From a virus (taxonomy: Duplodnaviria; Caudoviricetes), in the IMG/VR virus record IMGVR_UViG_3300020582_000009, positions 1 to 57,497 of that record: a stretch of DNA of 57,497 bases; one strand, 5' to 3'. The position numbers and the translations under genes were made by a program. Of the stretch, positions 46,741 through 56,046 are shown in pieces; the first letter of the stretch is position 1, and every line of letters starts with the position of its first letter. Under the pieces are notes generated by a model that had not been told where the DNA came from, ran no database searches, and saw only the letters and a list, made by a program, of their open reading frames with translations.

Positions 46741-47258
46741 CCGACACCCCCCGCGAACGCCTCGCCGCCTTCCTCCAAGCCAAAGGCATCAAGGCCACAG
46801 CCGAATTCGCCCATAAGGCCGGCATCACCACCAGGCATGCCGCCAATGCCCTGACGGGGCGCCCAGTGGCGACGGTTCCGTATCTGCGTATCTGCGCCGC
46901 CCTCGGCTTCGACCCGCTCCCTGAGCTTTCCTACCGCATACCGGAGCCTGCGGATTTTGACTTTGCGTTCTTCGCCATGGGCTTCAAGATCGCGCGCGGC
47001 CTCAAGGGCGATAAGGACCGAACGGCGGCGGATGCCATCGGCGGCATATCGGCTTCGACCATCTGCCGCATCGAACTGGCGCACATCATGGGCATCGGCG
47101 TGGTACTCCGCGCCTGCCGCTATATCGGGCTGCATCCTTTCGGATATCTGCGGGTGCCACAGGCGGCTGTTTTCGGGCTGAAAACCGATGTTTCACGTGG
47201 AACACCATCAATATCAAAGGCTTATGGTGACCGAACCCTAATCACGGAGGTTCCGTGA
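46737..47258 (+). CDS. Tandem double XRE-HTH protein
   Basis: Two HTH-like units (EFAHKAGIT..LRICAALG.DP; AADAIGGISASTICRIE..LRACRYIG.HP). Confidence 0.7.
   Translation: MTDTPRERLAAFLQAKGIKATAEFAHKAGITTRHAANALTGRPVATVPYLRICAALGFDPLPELSYRIPEPADFDFAFFAMGFKIARGLKGDKDRTAADAIGGISASTICRIELAHIMGIGVVLRACRYIGLHPFGYLRVPQAAVFGLKTDVSRGTPSISKAYGDRTLITEVP
47189..47204. promoter_or_regulatory. parS: Chromosomal-type parS site
   Basis: TGTTTCACGTGGAACA, reverse complement TGTTCCACGTGAAACA, matches the conserved bacterial parS consensus TGTTNCACGTGAAACA. Confidence 0.8.
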
Positions 47259-48472
47259 CCCATCCTATCCGAATCCAGCCGCTACTTCCCCAGCTTGAAT
47301 CCATGCTCCGCCACGCCCAGCACTTTCTGGACTACGCGCTCAAGGTCCACCTGGAGGAACGCGGTCATAAAGCATTCCGGCAAGCCCAGCTCAAGCGAGC
47401 GCTGGAACGGGTGGCGGAACTGACTCTGGCGATCGAAGCGGTGAGGAATGTGCGCGTGCCAATGCCGATAGGAAGCATTGGGTCACGAGAGGGCGTTGCG
47501 GGCTGATAGGCCGGACTCGGTCAACGGGATGCGGGGATTCTAGGCTGTACAATGCGGAGGATCGTGATGGTGAAGAATATAATATTAGTCGCTGTATCCT
47601 GGATCGTTGGTGCTCCCTTGGCAATTGCCATGTTTCTCGTCCTGGTCGTAATTCTCGGCCTAATGATTGATGGCATCGGACAATACGATGAGCAGCATGA
47701 TCGATGCCTCAAGAATGCGACTAATGGTTATGAAATTAAGGAGTGCCGTCGGATATGGAGCGAGTGACAAAATGCTGACGTGGTATCTAATTTGTCTCGC
47801 TCGCCGCCGCTGCCCTGATCGGTTCTATTCTTACATCGGCTTCGGCATTTGGTTGATCCCGACGCCAGATACCTATGATCCGTGGACGGAGAGACTGACG
47901 AATAACAACTGCGAGGAACCATGAATTTTTTATATCAGATCGGTGAGATGACAGACGGCAACAATCGGCCTGTTACAGATCGCGCATTTATTGAAATCGT
48001 CGAAGCACACGATCCGCAAATAATACTTGGAGAAATCAACATCGAGATAGCGGACGCGGCCGAGCATGCGCGCCTTATCGCCGCGGCCCCTAGGTTGCTT
48101 GAGGCCCTTAAATTGTTCACATCTCCATCAATGGGTGAGACCAGGACAATGCTTGGGGAATCGTCCATAGGCTGGCAACAGAGCGATGGCCTGACCGCAT
48201 CAGAGCGAGTCGCTATGGCCCGCGCCGCTGTCGCCGAAGCAACCATGGTCAAACTATAGGAGAACTCCGTGACTGACGAACAGATCAAATACACGGTCGA
48301 TCGCTTCCTTGGCTGGAAGCTGCCAAGCAACTTTAGCCCGGACGCCGGAATCAGTTTCAAGCGCCCGAACTATCGTCCGTCTGTTGACACGACGCCTTCT
48401 GGCACAAATCTTTTCGACGCTGCGCAAGCCGAGGTCATGGTTCGGTATATGGTCGATGGAATGCCTCATTGA
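47255..48472 (+). other. Five small rightward early genes (47255-47506, ~47564-47767, 47772-47924, 47921-48259, 48269-48472)
   Basis: Tiled ORFs, several with RBSs. Confidence 0.65.
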
Positions 48473-48485
48473 AAAGACCGAACCA

Positions 48486-48923
48486 ATGACCCTCGCCTAT
48501 CTCGGCACGCCCTACACAAAATTCAAACGCGGATTAGAAGCCGCATTCGTCGAAGCATCTAATCTCGCCGGCCGTTTACTAAGCGCTGGCGTTTTCACAT
48601 TTTCCCCGATCGTTCATTCGCATCCCCTCGCGACTCACGCCAACCTCGATCCTTTGGACCTGAATATCTGGTACGGCATCAATCAAATATTTATGGCCCG
48701 CTGCGATGTCCTGATCGTCGCCCACATGGGCGGCTGGCAAGACTCCAAAGGTATCGCTTACGAGATCGAATTTTTCGAAAAGGCAGACAAGCCGATCTTT
48801 GATCTCGATGTAGAATCGCTGGCGATGATTCGCAGAGCGAAGACTGAATTCACCGGCGATCCGCGCATGAAATGGTCGATCAAGGACATGCCGCCGTTCT
48901 GGACGAAAGCGGTGAGCGAATGA
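48486..48923 (+). CDS. DUF1937 / nucleoside deoxyribosyltransferase-fold protein
   Basis: YL.TPYT, FSPIVHSHP, CD.L.V...GW..SKG...EI. Confidence 0.8.
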   Translation: MTLAYLGTPYTKFKRGLEAAFVEASNLAGRLLSAGVFTFSPIVHSHPLATHANLDPLDLNIWYGINQIFMARCDVLIVAHMGGWQDSKGIAYEIEFFEKADKPIFDLDVESLAMIRRAKTEFTGDPRMKWSIKDMPPFWTKAVSE

Positions 48924-49095
48924 CGTTTCCGTGCCGGCCAAACAAAGACAGCGTGTCGGAGCCAACGCCGCAACCCGACGATTTTGAATTACCGCGTTTT
49001 CAAAAACAGCCGCAACTAAAAGAGTTGTTTGGGCCGCATCCTGACTTGGATTATAATAATCTGCTGTTCGCACTTTGGGGCGCGGGGTTCATTCC

Positions 49096-50313
49096 ATGAC
49101 AGCGATTCTCCGCTACGATGCCGCCCGCAAAGCCGTCGCCGAAGCCAAGACATTCGACGAGGTTCGCGAATGGGAAGACAAGGCTGCGGCTGTGCGCGAA
49201 TATTCACGCCGCGTGCGCGATCGCTCAATGGAATTGGACGCCATAGAAATTCGCGAGCGAGCGCGCCGCCGACGCGGTGAACTACTTCTGGCCTACAAGG
49301 AGGCCGGCCAGCTTGAGCCCGGTGATCCACACGTCACCGACCGAGGACATCGTGTCGTTACCCTTGAATCTCTTGGGGTTTCGCGGAACGAGTCCGGCCG
49401 AGACCAGAAGATCGCGGCCCTTCCCGGGGACAGCTTTGAGCGCCTCATCAAGCGATGCCGCGAACACGCGGAGGCAACCGAAAAGCACGCCTTCAATGTA
49501 TTGAGGCCGCCCGACAAGCCGATCAACGGCGCTCGCTCAGTCATGGGATCAAGGCAAGAACCAGATGATTCGTTAGATTTTTTTCCAACACCGCCATGGG
49601 CCACTCGCGCATTATTCGAAAGCGTATTCCCGATCCTTCAACCTCGCGGAGAATATCTCGGCTCGCGCGTGTGGGAACCGGCCTGCGGCGCCGGCCATAT
49701 GGCCGAAGTGATTCGGGAATATTGGTCCACCGTGATCGCGTCCGACATTTTCGATTATGGCTATGGCTTAAGCGGCGTTGATTTTCTCAATAACGACCAC
49801 TGCGATACGAAAGCCGATTGGATCATCACAAATCCGCCATTCGGCGACAACGGCGAGAAATTCGCGCTCCGCGCGATCGAACTCGCCTCGGTCGGCGTTG
49901 CCATGTTCTTTCGTCTCCAATGGCTCGAATCAGTCGGGCGCTACGAAAAGATTTTCCGCGATCATCCGCCACGGTTGATTGCACAATTCACCGAACGCGT
50001 TCCGCTCCATAAAGGGCGCTGGGAACCGGAAGGGTCCACAGCCACGGCCTACCTGTGGATTGTGTGGATGAAAGGGTATCAAGGCCGCACGGAATTCTTC
50101 TGGATACCGCCGGGGCAGCGCGAAGGGCTATCGAAGGCCGATGATGTTGAGCGCTTCACTGCGCCTGTTATCATCAAGAAAAAACACAAACTCCAAAACA
50201 TCAGCGCCGACTTCGTTCACCCACGGTCGCCGATGTCAGAACCCGCGCTGGCGTCCGCCGCAACTGGTGCCGGCGCGGGTTCGCTCAAATTCTGGATGCT
50301 CGTTGCGGGATGA
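49096..50313 (+). CDS. Amino-methyltransferase with N-terminal helical domain
   Basis: DFFPTPPWATRAL, WEPACG.GHM, IITNPPF; N-terminal YDAAR.A.AEA..DEV domain. Confidence 0.82.
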   Translation: MTAILRYDAARKAVAEAKTFDEVREWEDKAAAVREYSRRVRDRSMELDAIEIRERARRRRGELLLAYKEAGQLEPGDPHVTDRGHRVVTLESLGVSRNESGRDQKIAALPGDSFERLIKRCREHAEATEKHAFNVLRPPDKPINGARSVMGSRQEPDDSLDFFPTPPWATRALFESVFPILQPRGEYLGSRVWEPACGAGHMAEVIREYWSTVIASDIFDYGYGLSGVDFLNNDHCDTKADWIITNPPFGDNGEKFALRAIELASVGVAMFFRLQWLESVGRYEKIFRDHPPRLIAQFTERVPLHKGRWEPEGSTATAYLWIVWMKGYQGRTEFFWIPPGQREGLSKADDVERFTAPVIIKKKHKLQNISADFVHPRSPMSEPALASAATGAGAGSLKFWMLVAG

Positions 50314-50441
50314 TATCGACAAGGCCCGTCGTTTGCATGATCTGGATGAGCGCATATGGATCGCCGAGCGGAACGGATTGCAGCATAAAGCGCAGCAGTT
50401 GCGCATCTATCAAACGATGATCCAAAGAGAGGCGGCTGACA

Positions 50442-50727
50442 ATGAATGCGATAAAGAAAGAATCTCAGCCGCACAATCTCGAACCCGGCGATGAAGGCTA
50501 TGGTGGTGGTCTGACCTATTCGCGAAGCGAAGCCATCGACATGAACTATAAATTCGCGAATCGCCATGTTCGAGGCGCGCCGCCAAGGCTTGGAGCGATT
50601 CGTCATCGGCATGATCGTCGATAACACGCCGATTCGTCCACAGGACTATGCCACGCCAGCGCGGTTTTCTTATTACTCATCAAGCGCCGCCATGTGTTTG
50701 GGTGAGATCGACGGGGCTGCGTACTGA
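50442..50727 (+). pseudogene. Small gene with apparent single-base insertion at 50559/50560
   Basis: ..MNYKFA then +1 frame IAMFEARRQGLERFVIGMIVDNTPIRPQDYATPARFSYYSSSAAMCLGEIDGAAY, stopping just before the next RBS. Confidence 0.5.
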
Positions 50728-50752
50728 TTCGCGGTGCGCAGGGAGAGGTGAT

Positions 50753-51238
50753 ATGGTTAAGAGAGGAATGTCACGTTATGCTATTCGTCGCGCGCGCGAA
50801 CATCAGCGCGCGCTTGCCAAAGAGCGTCCCGATATTGATTGGGACAAAGTTAGAGAAGAATACGAAAAACATTTCGGCCCTCTAAGGTTTCTTCCGAAGA
50901 AGAAAAAATCGCCAAAGACTGCTGTTTATTTAATGAGTGCAACCGATTTTGGACCTACAAAAGTAGGAGTGGCAATTGATGTGGAAAAGCGCCTTTCTCA
51001 AATTCAGACGGGCCATCCCTTTCCTTTACGATTATCTTATGTGATTTGGTTTTCTGAGCCACAAAGTGCATTTGATGCTGAGAAATGGCTTTTACAGGAA
51101 GTAGATCAAGAGTTGCGGCTAAATGGCGAATGGATAAATAGTCCGGCTGCAAAACTCACAGAGATGCTTCGAAATTTCGCGCGGCGACATTTGGCTTCCT
51201 CGATCATTGAAACGATCGGTGGCGAAGATGCCCAATAA
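50753..51238 (+). CDS. GIY-YIG (T5orf172/MUG113-like) nuclease
   Basis: VYLM....PTKVG.A.D.EKRL.QIQTG.P..L, A..AE, RLNGEW. Confidence 0.8.
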   Translation: MVKRGMSRYAIRRAREHQRALAKERPDIDWDKVREEYEKHFGPLRFLPKKKKSPKTAVYLMSATDFGPTKVGVAIDVEKRLSQIQTGHPFPLRLSYVIWFSEPQSAFDAEKWLLQEVDQELRLNGEWINSPAAKLTEMLRNFARRHLASSIIETIGGEDAQ

Positions 51239-51962
51239 AGATCGCCCCGCTTATATAGCACTCGCGCGCTCTTTTATTCGCGATCTGCGTTATCGGCGCC
51301 CCTCTGGACGCCCTTTGACCGAATTAGAGGCCACTATCTGGCTGATCGCAGAAGCGGCATGGAAACCACGCGGATCGGCGACGAGATTTGGTTCTATCCA
51401 CAATGAAAGGGCGCAATTATCCATTACACAAAGGGCGCTCGCTAGAGAATGGAAATGGTCGAAATCGAAAGTGCATCGTTTTCTTTTTGAACTGCGCCGA
51501 GATGGCACCATTGCGATAGACTTGGCCTTTCCTGGACCAAAAACCGAGGCGCAAACCGAACCGAGACGGGGATATGGTCGTACCCTTATCACCTTGATTA
51601 ATTACGATAAATTCCAAGGTTTTGGAAAGTCAGCAAAAAGATTGGACCAAGCTTTGGACCAAAAAGTGGACCAATCTCGGCCCGAACTGCCCGGACTTAT
51701 TTATCCAATTGCATCCAAACCAACAGAAACCAATAAATCAATTAAGAGTCTTGCGGGATCGTTCATTAATAAAAAACGTCCACCTCATGGGAAATGCTGG
51801 AACGGGCTTATATGCATACATTACGCGACCGAGGATTGGAGAATTTATTCAGCCGATTATGAGAAAGCGAATGGTTTAATAATTATGCCCTGCACCTATA
51901 TTGACGGTCGGGCGCGATGGTTTAAAGTGAATGGCGGGATCGATGATCGCCGAACAGGCTGA
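51228..51962 (+). CDS. Replication initiator-like protein (winged-HTH N-terminus)
   Basis: YIAL.R, A.IWLI.EA.WK, R.LA.EW.WS.S.V.RFL..L, TLITL.NYDKFQ; internal short repeats. Confidence 0.72.
   Translation: MPNKDRPAYIALARSFIRDLRYRRPSGRPLTELEATIWLIAEAAWKPRGSATRFGSIHNERAQLSITQRALAREWKWSKSKVHRFLFELRRDGTIAIDLAFPGPKTEAQTEPRRGYGRTLITLINYDKFQGFGKSAKRLDQALDQKVDQSRPELPGLIYPIASKPTETNKSIKSLAGSFINKKRPPHGKCWNGLICIHYATEDWRIYSADYEKANGLIIMPCTYIDGRARWFKVNGGIDDRRTG
51643..51674 (+). repeat. Iteron-like repeats, candidate replication origin
   Basis: TGGACCAA at 51643, 51655, 51667 (12-bp period) and 51533, inside the initiator gene. Confidence 0.6.
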
Positions 51963-52176
51963 AATAATGAAATTCGCATCCGCCCTTCCCTACACCGAAG
52001 CCGAGCGCGAAGCCGACGGCCGAGCGCGGCAGCGCATTAGCGACCGCCGTCTAGCGCGAAGGCTTGCGGTGCATAGTCTGCAATTCTACAATCAGCAGCC
52101 GACAAAAGAATCGGCCGCGCTTGAGCGTCGCAAAGTCGGCGAATCATCCAAAGACTGACCTTCAAGGAACTGGGGC

Positions 52177-52815
52177 ATGTCACTTCTAATCGGCCATCCG
52201 ACATTAGAAACAATTGCCTCGCATTCTCCTGTGGCCGTCCCTGTCTTTGATCGCAAATGGTATATTGTTCAATGCTTTGGCAAGTCCGATAACCAGGCGC
52301 TCAATATTCTCGAAACCATGGGTCTGACGACCTATTACCCCAAAATCCTGGATCTTCGTAAAGTACCTCGCAATAAGCTTTCCCGCGCCCAACGCTCGAC
52401 CGATGTGGAAATCAAGCGCCCTCACGTTATTCCCCTTTTCCCTCGATACCTGTTTGCATGGTTCGATATCACCCGCGATTCGTGGCGCGATATCTTCAAA
52501 ATTGCTGGTGTCGGGGGATTGGTCTGCAAGAACGATATGCCGGTCTATATGCCGCAAGAGCAAATCGATAAATTCAAGAATCGCGAGAACAACGGCATCA
52601 TTCCAGGCTCGGCAACGGTGCGACTGACTTTCGGTATCGGCGACCATGTGAACGTTACGGCGGGTCCTTTCGCCTCATTTCCGGGGATTGTCGAAAAAGG
52701 CTTGGATATGGCGATCGGCGATCTTGACCCGACGGCACGCATCAAGGTAGCGGTGAATATCTTCGGACGTGCCACTCCCGTCGAATTGGAACTATGGCAA
52801 GTTGCCAAAGCGTAA
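52177..52815 (+). CDS. NusG/RfaH-family antiterminator in late-regulator position
   Basis: WYIVQ, PLFPRYLF, KOW GD.V.VTAGPFASFPG.V, V.VNIFGRATPVEL...QV. Confidence 0.9.
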   Translation: MSLLIGHPTLETIASHSPVAVPVFDRKWYIVQCFGKSDNQALNILETMGLTTYYPKILDLRKVPRNKLSRAQRSTDVEIKRPHVIPLFPRYLFAWFDITRDSWRDIFKIAGVGGLVCKNDMPVYMPQEQIDKFKNRENNGIIPGSATVRLTFGIGDHVNVTAGPFASFPGIVEKGLDMAIGDLDPTARIKVAVNIFGRATPVELELWQVAKA

Positions 52816-52827
52816 GTTTTGCGTTAT

Positions 52828-52933
52828 GGGGTTTCTCAGTCTCGCGTAGCCACGCTTTTAGCCACTCTCGCAGCCACGCGAAAGGCCACGCGGAGTGCGA
52901 AAGCGTGGCGGATAAAAGGCAATTCTGAGTCCC
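52828..52933 (+). promoter_or_regulatory. Structured, 12-bp-periodic element upstream of terS
   Basis: GCCAC at 52849, 52861, 52873, 52885; stems 52849-58/52900-09, 52863-67/52893-97, 52835-39/52925-29. Confidence 0.5.
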
Positions 52934-52951
52934 TGTGAGTCAAAAAGCGCC

Positions 52952-53587
52952 ATGCAACCTTATGATGGTTCAACGCCGCATTCCGACAGGGATCGTGAGA
53001 CGTTCTGTCAAGAACTAATCGCGGGCGAATCACTTTACGTCGCCTTTCAAAATGCCGGCTTCAAGCGTCCGCGCGGCAATGCGCAGCGGATGCAGCAGGA
53101 ACCGGATGTCCTCAAACGTCTCGAATATCTGGCCGATCGCGTCAACAAGCTCGGCCTCGACGAAATCCTCGTCAGCTATCGCCGCAACGAGCATCGCCGC
53201 GCGCTTGAGCACATCGCCAATGCCGATCGGCTCTCGCTGTGGACCGACAAGACCAAGACCGTCGTGATCGGCAAATCGAAGGACGACAAGCCGATCCGTC
53301 GCAAATTGCGCAGCATCGAGCTCAAGCCGCTTGACAGTCTGACGGCGGAGGAACGCGCGCTGATCGACGGCTTCGAAGTGACGGAAAAGGGCGCCGTCAA
53401 GGTCCTCATGCCCAAGCGCCTCGATGCCCGCGCCATGCTGGCGAAGCTCGATGGACTGGACAAGCCAGTACGCGGTGAACTCACCGGCAAGGATGGCGCG
53501 CCTTTGGTTCCGGAATTCACCGATGAACAACGCGCGGCGGCATTGGCGGCATTTTTGAGCAAGAATGCGGCGGGGAAAGCGGCGTGA
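52952..53587 (+). CDS. terS: Terminase small subunit
   Basis: E.FCQ....G.....AF.NAGF...NA.R....P.V..R..YL; L..E.RA.I.G.E...G..KV; ELTGKDGAPL. Confidence 0.8.
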   Translation: MQPYDGSTPHSDRDRETFCQELIAGESLYVAFQNAGFKRPRGNAQRMQQEPDVLKRLEYLADRVNKLGLDEILVSYRRNEHRRALEHIANADRLSLWTDKTKTVVIGKSKDDKPIRRKLRSIELKPLDSLTAEERALIDGFEVTEKGAVKVLMPKRLDARAMLAKLDGLDKPVRGELTGKDGAPLVPEFTDEQRAAALAAFLSKNAAGKAA

Positions 53588-54041
53588 GCGAAGACCGGCC
53601 GGCTTGGCGCAAGGCGGGATGGCGCGACGCGAATGGCGATCTCCGTCTCGTCCGTTGGGCCGATACGCGCGCTCTTCTTGATCAATACGCGCAAAATCAC
53701 GGTATCGAGATCGAGGCATACGATATCGAAGGCAGCCGAGTGTATGGATTGATGCCTGCCGGTTTCGAAGACATGCGCCCTTGAAAATCTTCTCGCGCCA
53801 CACGCCGATTGAGCAGTTGACCGAAATCGAATGCGGCGGCTGCGCTCCACCGATCATCGTATCCGACGAATCAGCGACCGATTCCACATTCGTCATCGAA
53901 CTCAAGCCGCATGAACTTGTGGCGCTCGGTTTCATGGGGTTCATTGTCGCGTTCGGCCTATGCCGATATCTCGCGATGAACTATATCGACGCGGGCACGC
54001 AGCGCTGGATTTATCGCGCCTTCCTGTCCTGGATATTCTGA
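53584..54041 (+). other. Two small hypothetical ORFs (53584-53784, 53781-54041)
   Basis: Coupled by 4-nt overlaps; the second has a TM helix. Confidence 0.55.
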
Positions 54042-54116
54042 TAACGGCGCGACGACTGCCGCTCTAAAGCTCGTCAATCGCGCCGGCATGCCGGCTTTCC
54101 TCACGGGAGACTCCTC

Positions 54117-54794
54117 ATGATCGGATACCGCAAAGTCGTGATTGCCGGCGCGGCATTGACTGTTTCAGGCGCTATCGCGTTCGCGGCGGGCAATTGGTCC
54201 ACCCTGCCGCAGGTCGGCGAATCGTCGTTCTGCGCTTCGACCGTCACCGGCATTGTGCTGCCGACGCCGCAAGGACCGTTCGGCGTGGTGCCCGGTTCGA
54301 CGCAAGGAACGGGATCGTCAATTTGCGGACAGACCGTGCCGGCCGGCCCTGCGGCTTTAACGGGCACCGAGATCATTCCGGCGGACACGCAATTGTCCGG
54401 CAGTGCACCGCCGCAAACGGTCACCATCCCGATCGTGTTGTTCGATGCCGGAGCCTACACCTATACGTCGTGGCTCAATACGCTTGGCGCGTCGCCGAGC
54501 ACGTTGACCATTCCGAACAACACTAGCCTGTTCCTGCTCGATCCGACCGGCACTGTCACGTCGCTGACGCTCTATATGCCGTCGGCACCGCTCAATGGCC
54601 AGATGATTCGTATCGCTTCGACGCATACCATCACGAATCTCCTGTTGCAGGCTGCGACCGTCAACGGCGCCTTGAATGCGACCATCGAGAATTCTCCGAC
54701 GATCCTGACGGCTTCGACCACTGGACCGTTCAACTATGATTACATCTATTCGACGACCGCCATCAACGGACCGCTCTGGATTCGCGTCCAGTGA
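54117..54794 (+). CDS. Signal-peptide-bearing decoration/fibre-like protein
   Basis: RBS GGGAGA; MIGYRKVVIAGAALTVSGAIAFA|A; Thr/Ser/Pro-rich; L.P.GT..SLTL.MPS.P..GQ...W.RVQ terminal domain; 2 Cys. Confidence 0.78.
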   Translation: MIGYRKVVIAGAALTVSGAIAFAAGNWSTLPQVGESSFCASTVTGIVLPTPQGPFGVVPGSTQGTGSSICGQTVPAGPAALTGTEIIPADTQLSGSAPPQTVTIPIVLFDAGAYTYTSWLNTLGASPSTLTIPNNTSLFLLDPTGTVTSLTLYMPSAPLNGQMIRIASTHTITNLLLQAATVNGALNATIENSPTILTASTTGPFNYDYIYSTTAINGPLWIRVQ

Positions 54795-54915
54795 TTGTGG
54801 CTATCGTCATCATGGGGTGTGCGGCCGTGATCCTCATCAGCCGCACACTCCGCCTACCAACCGACTTTGAGAACAGTTGCAAAGCGCGGCATAGGGCGCA
54901 AGCCATCGTGAGAGA

Positions 54916-56046
54916 GTGGGAAGACAAGCGATGGCGGGAGTCCTCGGCTTTGTGATTGTGACGATGTTCTGGCCTGGGATGGCCGGAGCCGGGGTCGCAT
55001 CCAAATGGGTCGCTTTGCAGGTCTTGCTGCCGCTCACGCTTTGTTTCGTTCAAGTGCGCGTTACGGCAGTGCACTTAGTTATGGCGGCGATCTTCGCTTG
55101 GGCTTTGGTGTCGTTGGCGTGGGTCGAAGTGCTGCCAGACGGAATCGAGGGGCTGTCATTTCTCGGAGTAATCGCTCTTTCGTTTCTGGTCGGTCATGAC
55201 ATCAATATCGACTGTCTGTTGCGCGGTATGGGACTGGGACTATGGATATCGTCGGCTGTTGCTATCCTGCAATGGTTCGGCATTTATCCGGTGACATCCG
55301 CGGGTGATGGCGGTCCTTCGACTGGGCTTTTCGTCAACTCCATCTTTCTCGGCGAAATCAGCGCCGCGGTGCTGCTCGGGCTCATCGCGCAAAGTTCATG
55401 GATTATCGCGCTCGGCGTCATACCGGGCTTGCTTCTCAGTGGGGCGCGTGGGGCGGTTTTAGCGGCCGGAATTGCATTCATCGCGTGGTGCGTGCCACGC
55501 ATTCGGGAAAGGACGCTGATCATCGTTCCGGTTCTCACAATGCTGTTGCTGGCGGTCGAACCCGACAAATGGCTCTATTCGCAGACATGGGCCACGCGGC
55601 TGACGTTCTGGCGCGATACGATTGAGGGGTTGACATGGCGGGGACATGGCATCGGATCGTTCGTCTCGATGTTCCCGGCTTATGGCGACGGCATCGATCT
55701 GGTCTCTATCCAGCCGACCCATGCTCACAATGATTTCCTCGAACTTGCGTTCGAACTCGGATTGCCGGGAGTGATACTTGGCGCGCTTCTGGTCGGCATG
55801 GTACTTTGGCGTGCGCGAGAGCGCGAGAGGCTGGTTCTACTCACGCTGGGAATCACTGCTCTATTCGGGTTTCCGCTTCACATGGCCTGCACTGCCTTTC
55901 TATTCGGTGCTGTGGCGGGTCACGCTGCTGGGGGCTGGGATAGGGTTCGGATCGGCACACTTTTTGGCCGATCGGGCGTTTACGAAGGGCGCCAATTCGC
56001 TGACCTTGGCGGATTTGCAGCGGGCGGCGAGGCTCTACCCCTATGA
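54916..56046 (+). CDS. O-antigen ligase / Wzy_C family polytopic membrane protein (WaaL/PglL-like)
   Basis: About 11-12 hydrophobic segments; GLFVN, LSGARGA.LA, RL.FW..T, GHG.GSF, HAHNDFLEL.FELG..G, FP.H motifs. Confidence 0.88.
   Translation: MGRQAMAGVLGFVIVTMFWPGMAGAGVASKWVALQVLLPLTLCFVQVRVTAVHLVMAAIFAWALVSLAWVEVLPDGIEGLSFLGVIALSFLVGHDINIDCLLRGMGLGLWISSAVAILQWFGIYPVTSAGDGGPSTGLFVNSIFLGEISAAVLLGLIAQSSWIIALGVIPGLLLSGARGAVLAAGIAFIAWCVPRIRERTLIIVPVLTMLLLAVEPDKWLYSQTWATRLTFWRDTIEGLTWRGHGIGSFVSMFPAYGDGIDLVSIQPTHAHNDFLELAFELGLPGVILGALLVGMVLWRARERERLVLLTLGITALFGFPLHMACTAFLFGAVAGHAAGGWDRVRIGTLFGRSGVYEGRQFADLGGFAAGGEALPL

Noticed and set aside
52805-52834. dif/cer-like XerCD site (GCGTAA-8 nt-TTATGG)
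   Set aside because: Only the inner few bases match and the XerD arm is poor; too weak to claim Xer-mediated integration.
52849-52890. CRISPR-like mini-array
   Set aside because: The repeat unit is 5 nt with 7-nt spacing, far below CRISPR dimensions; no cas genes.
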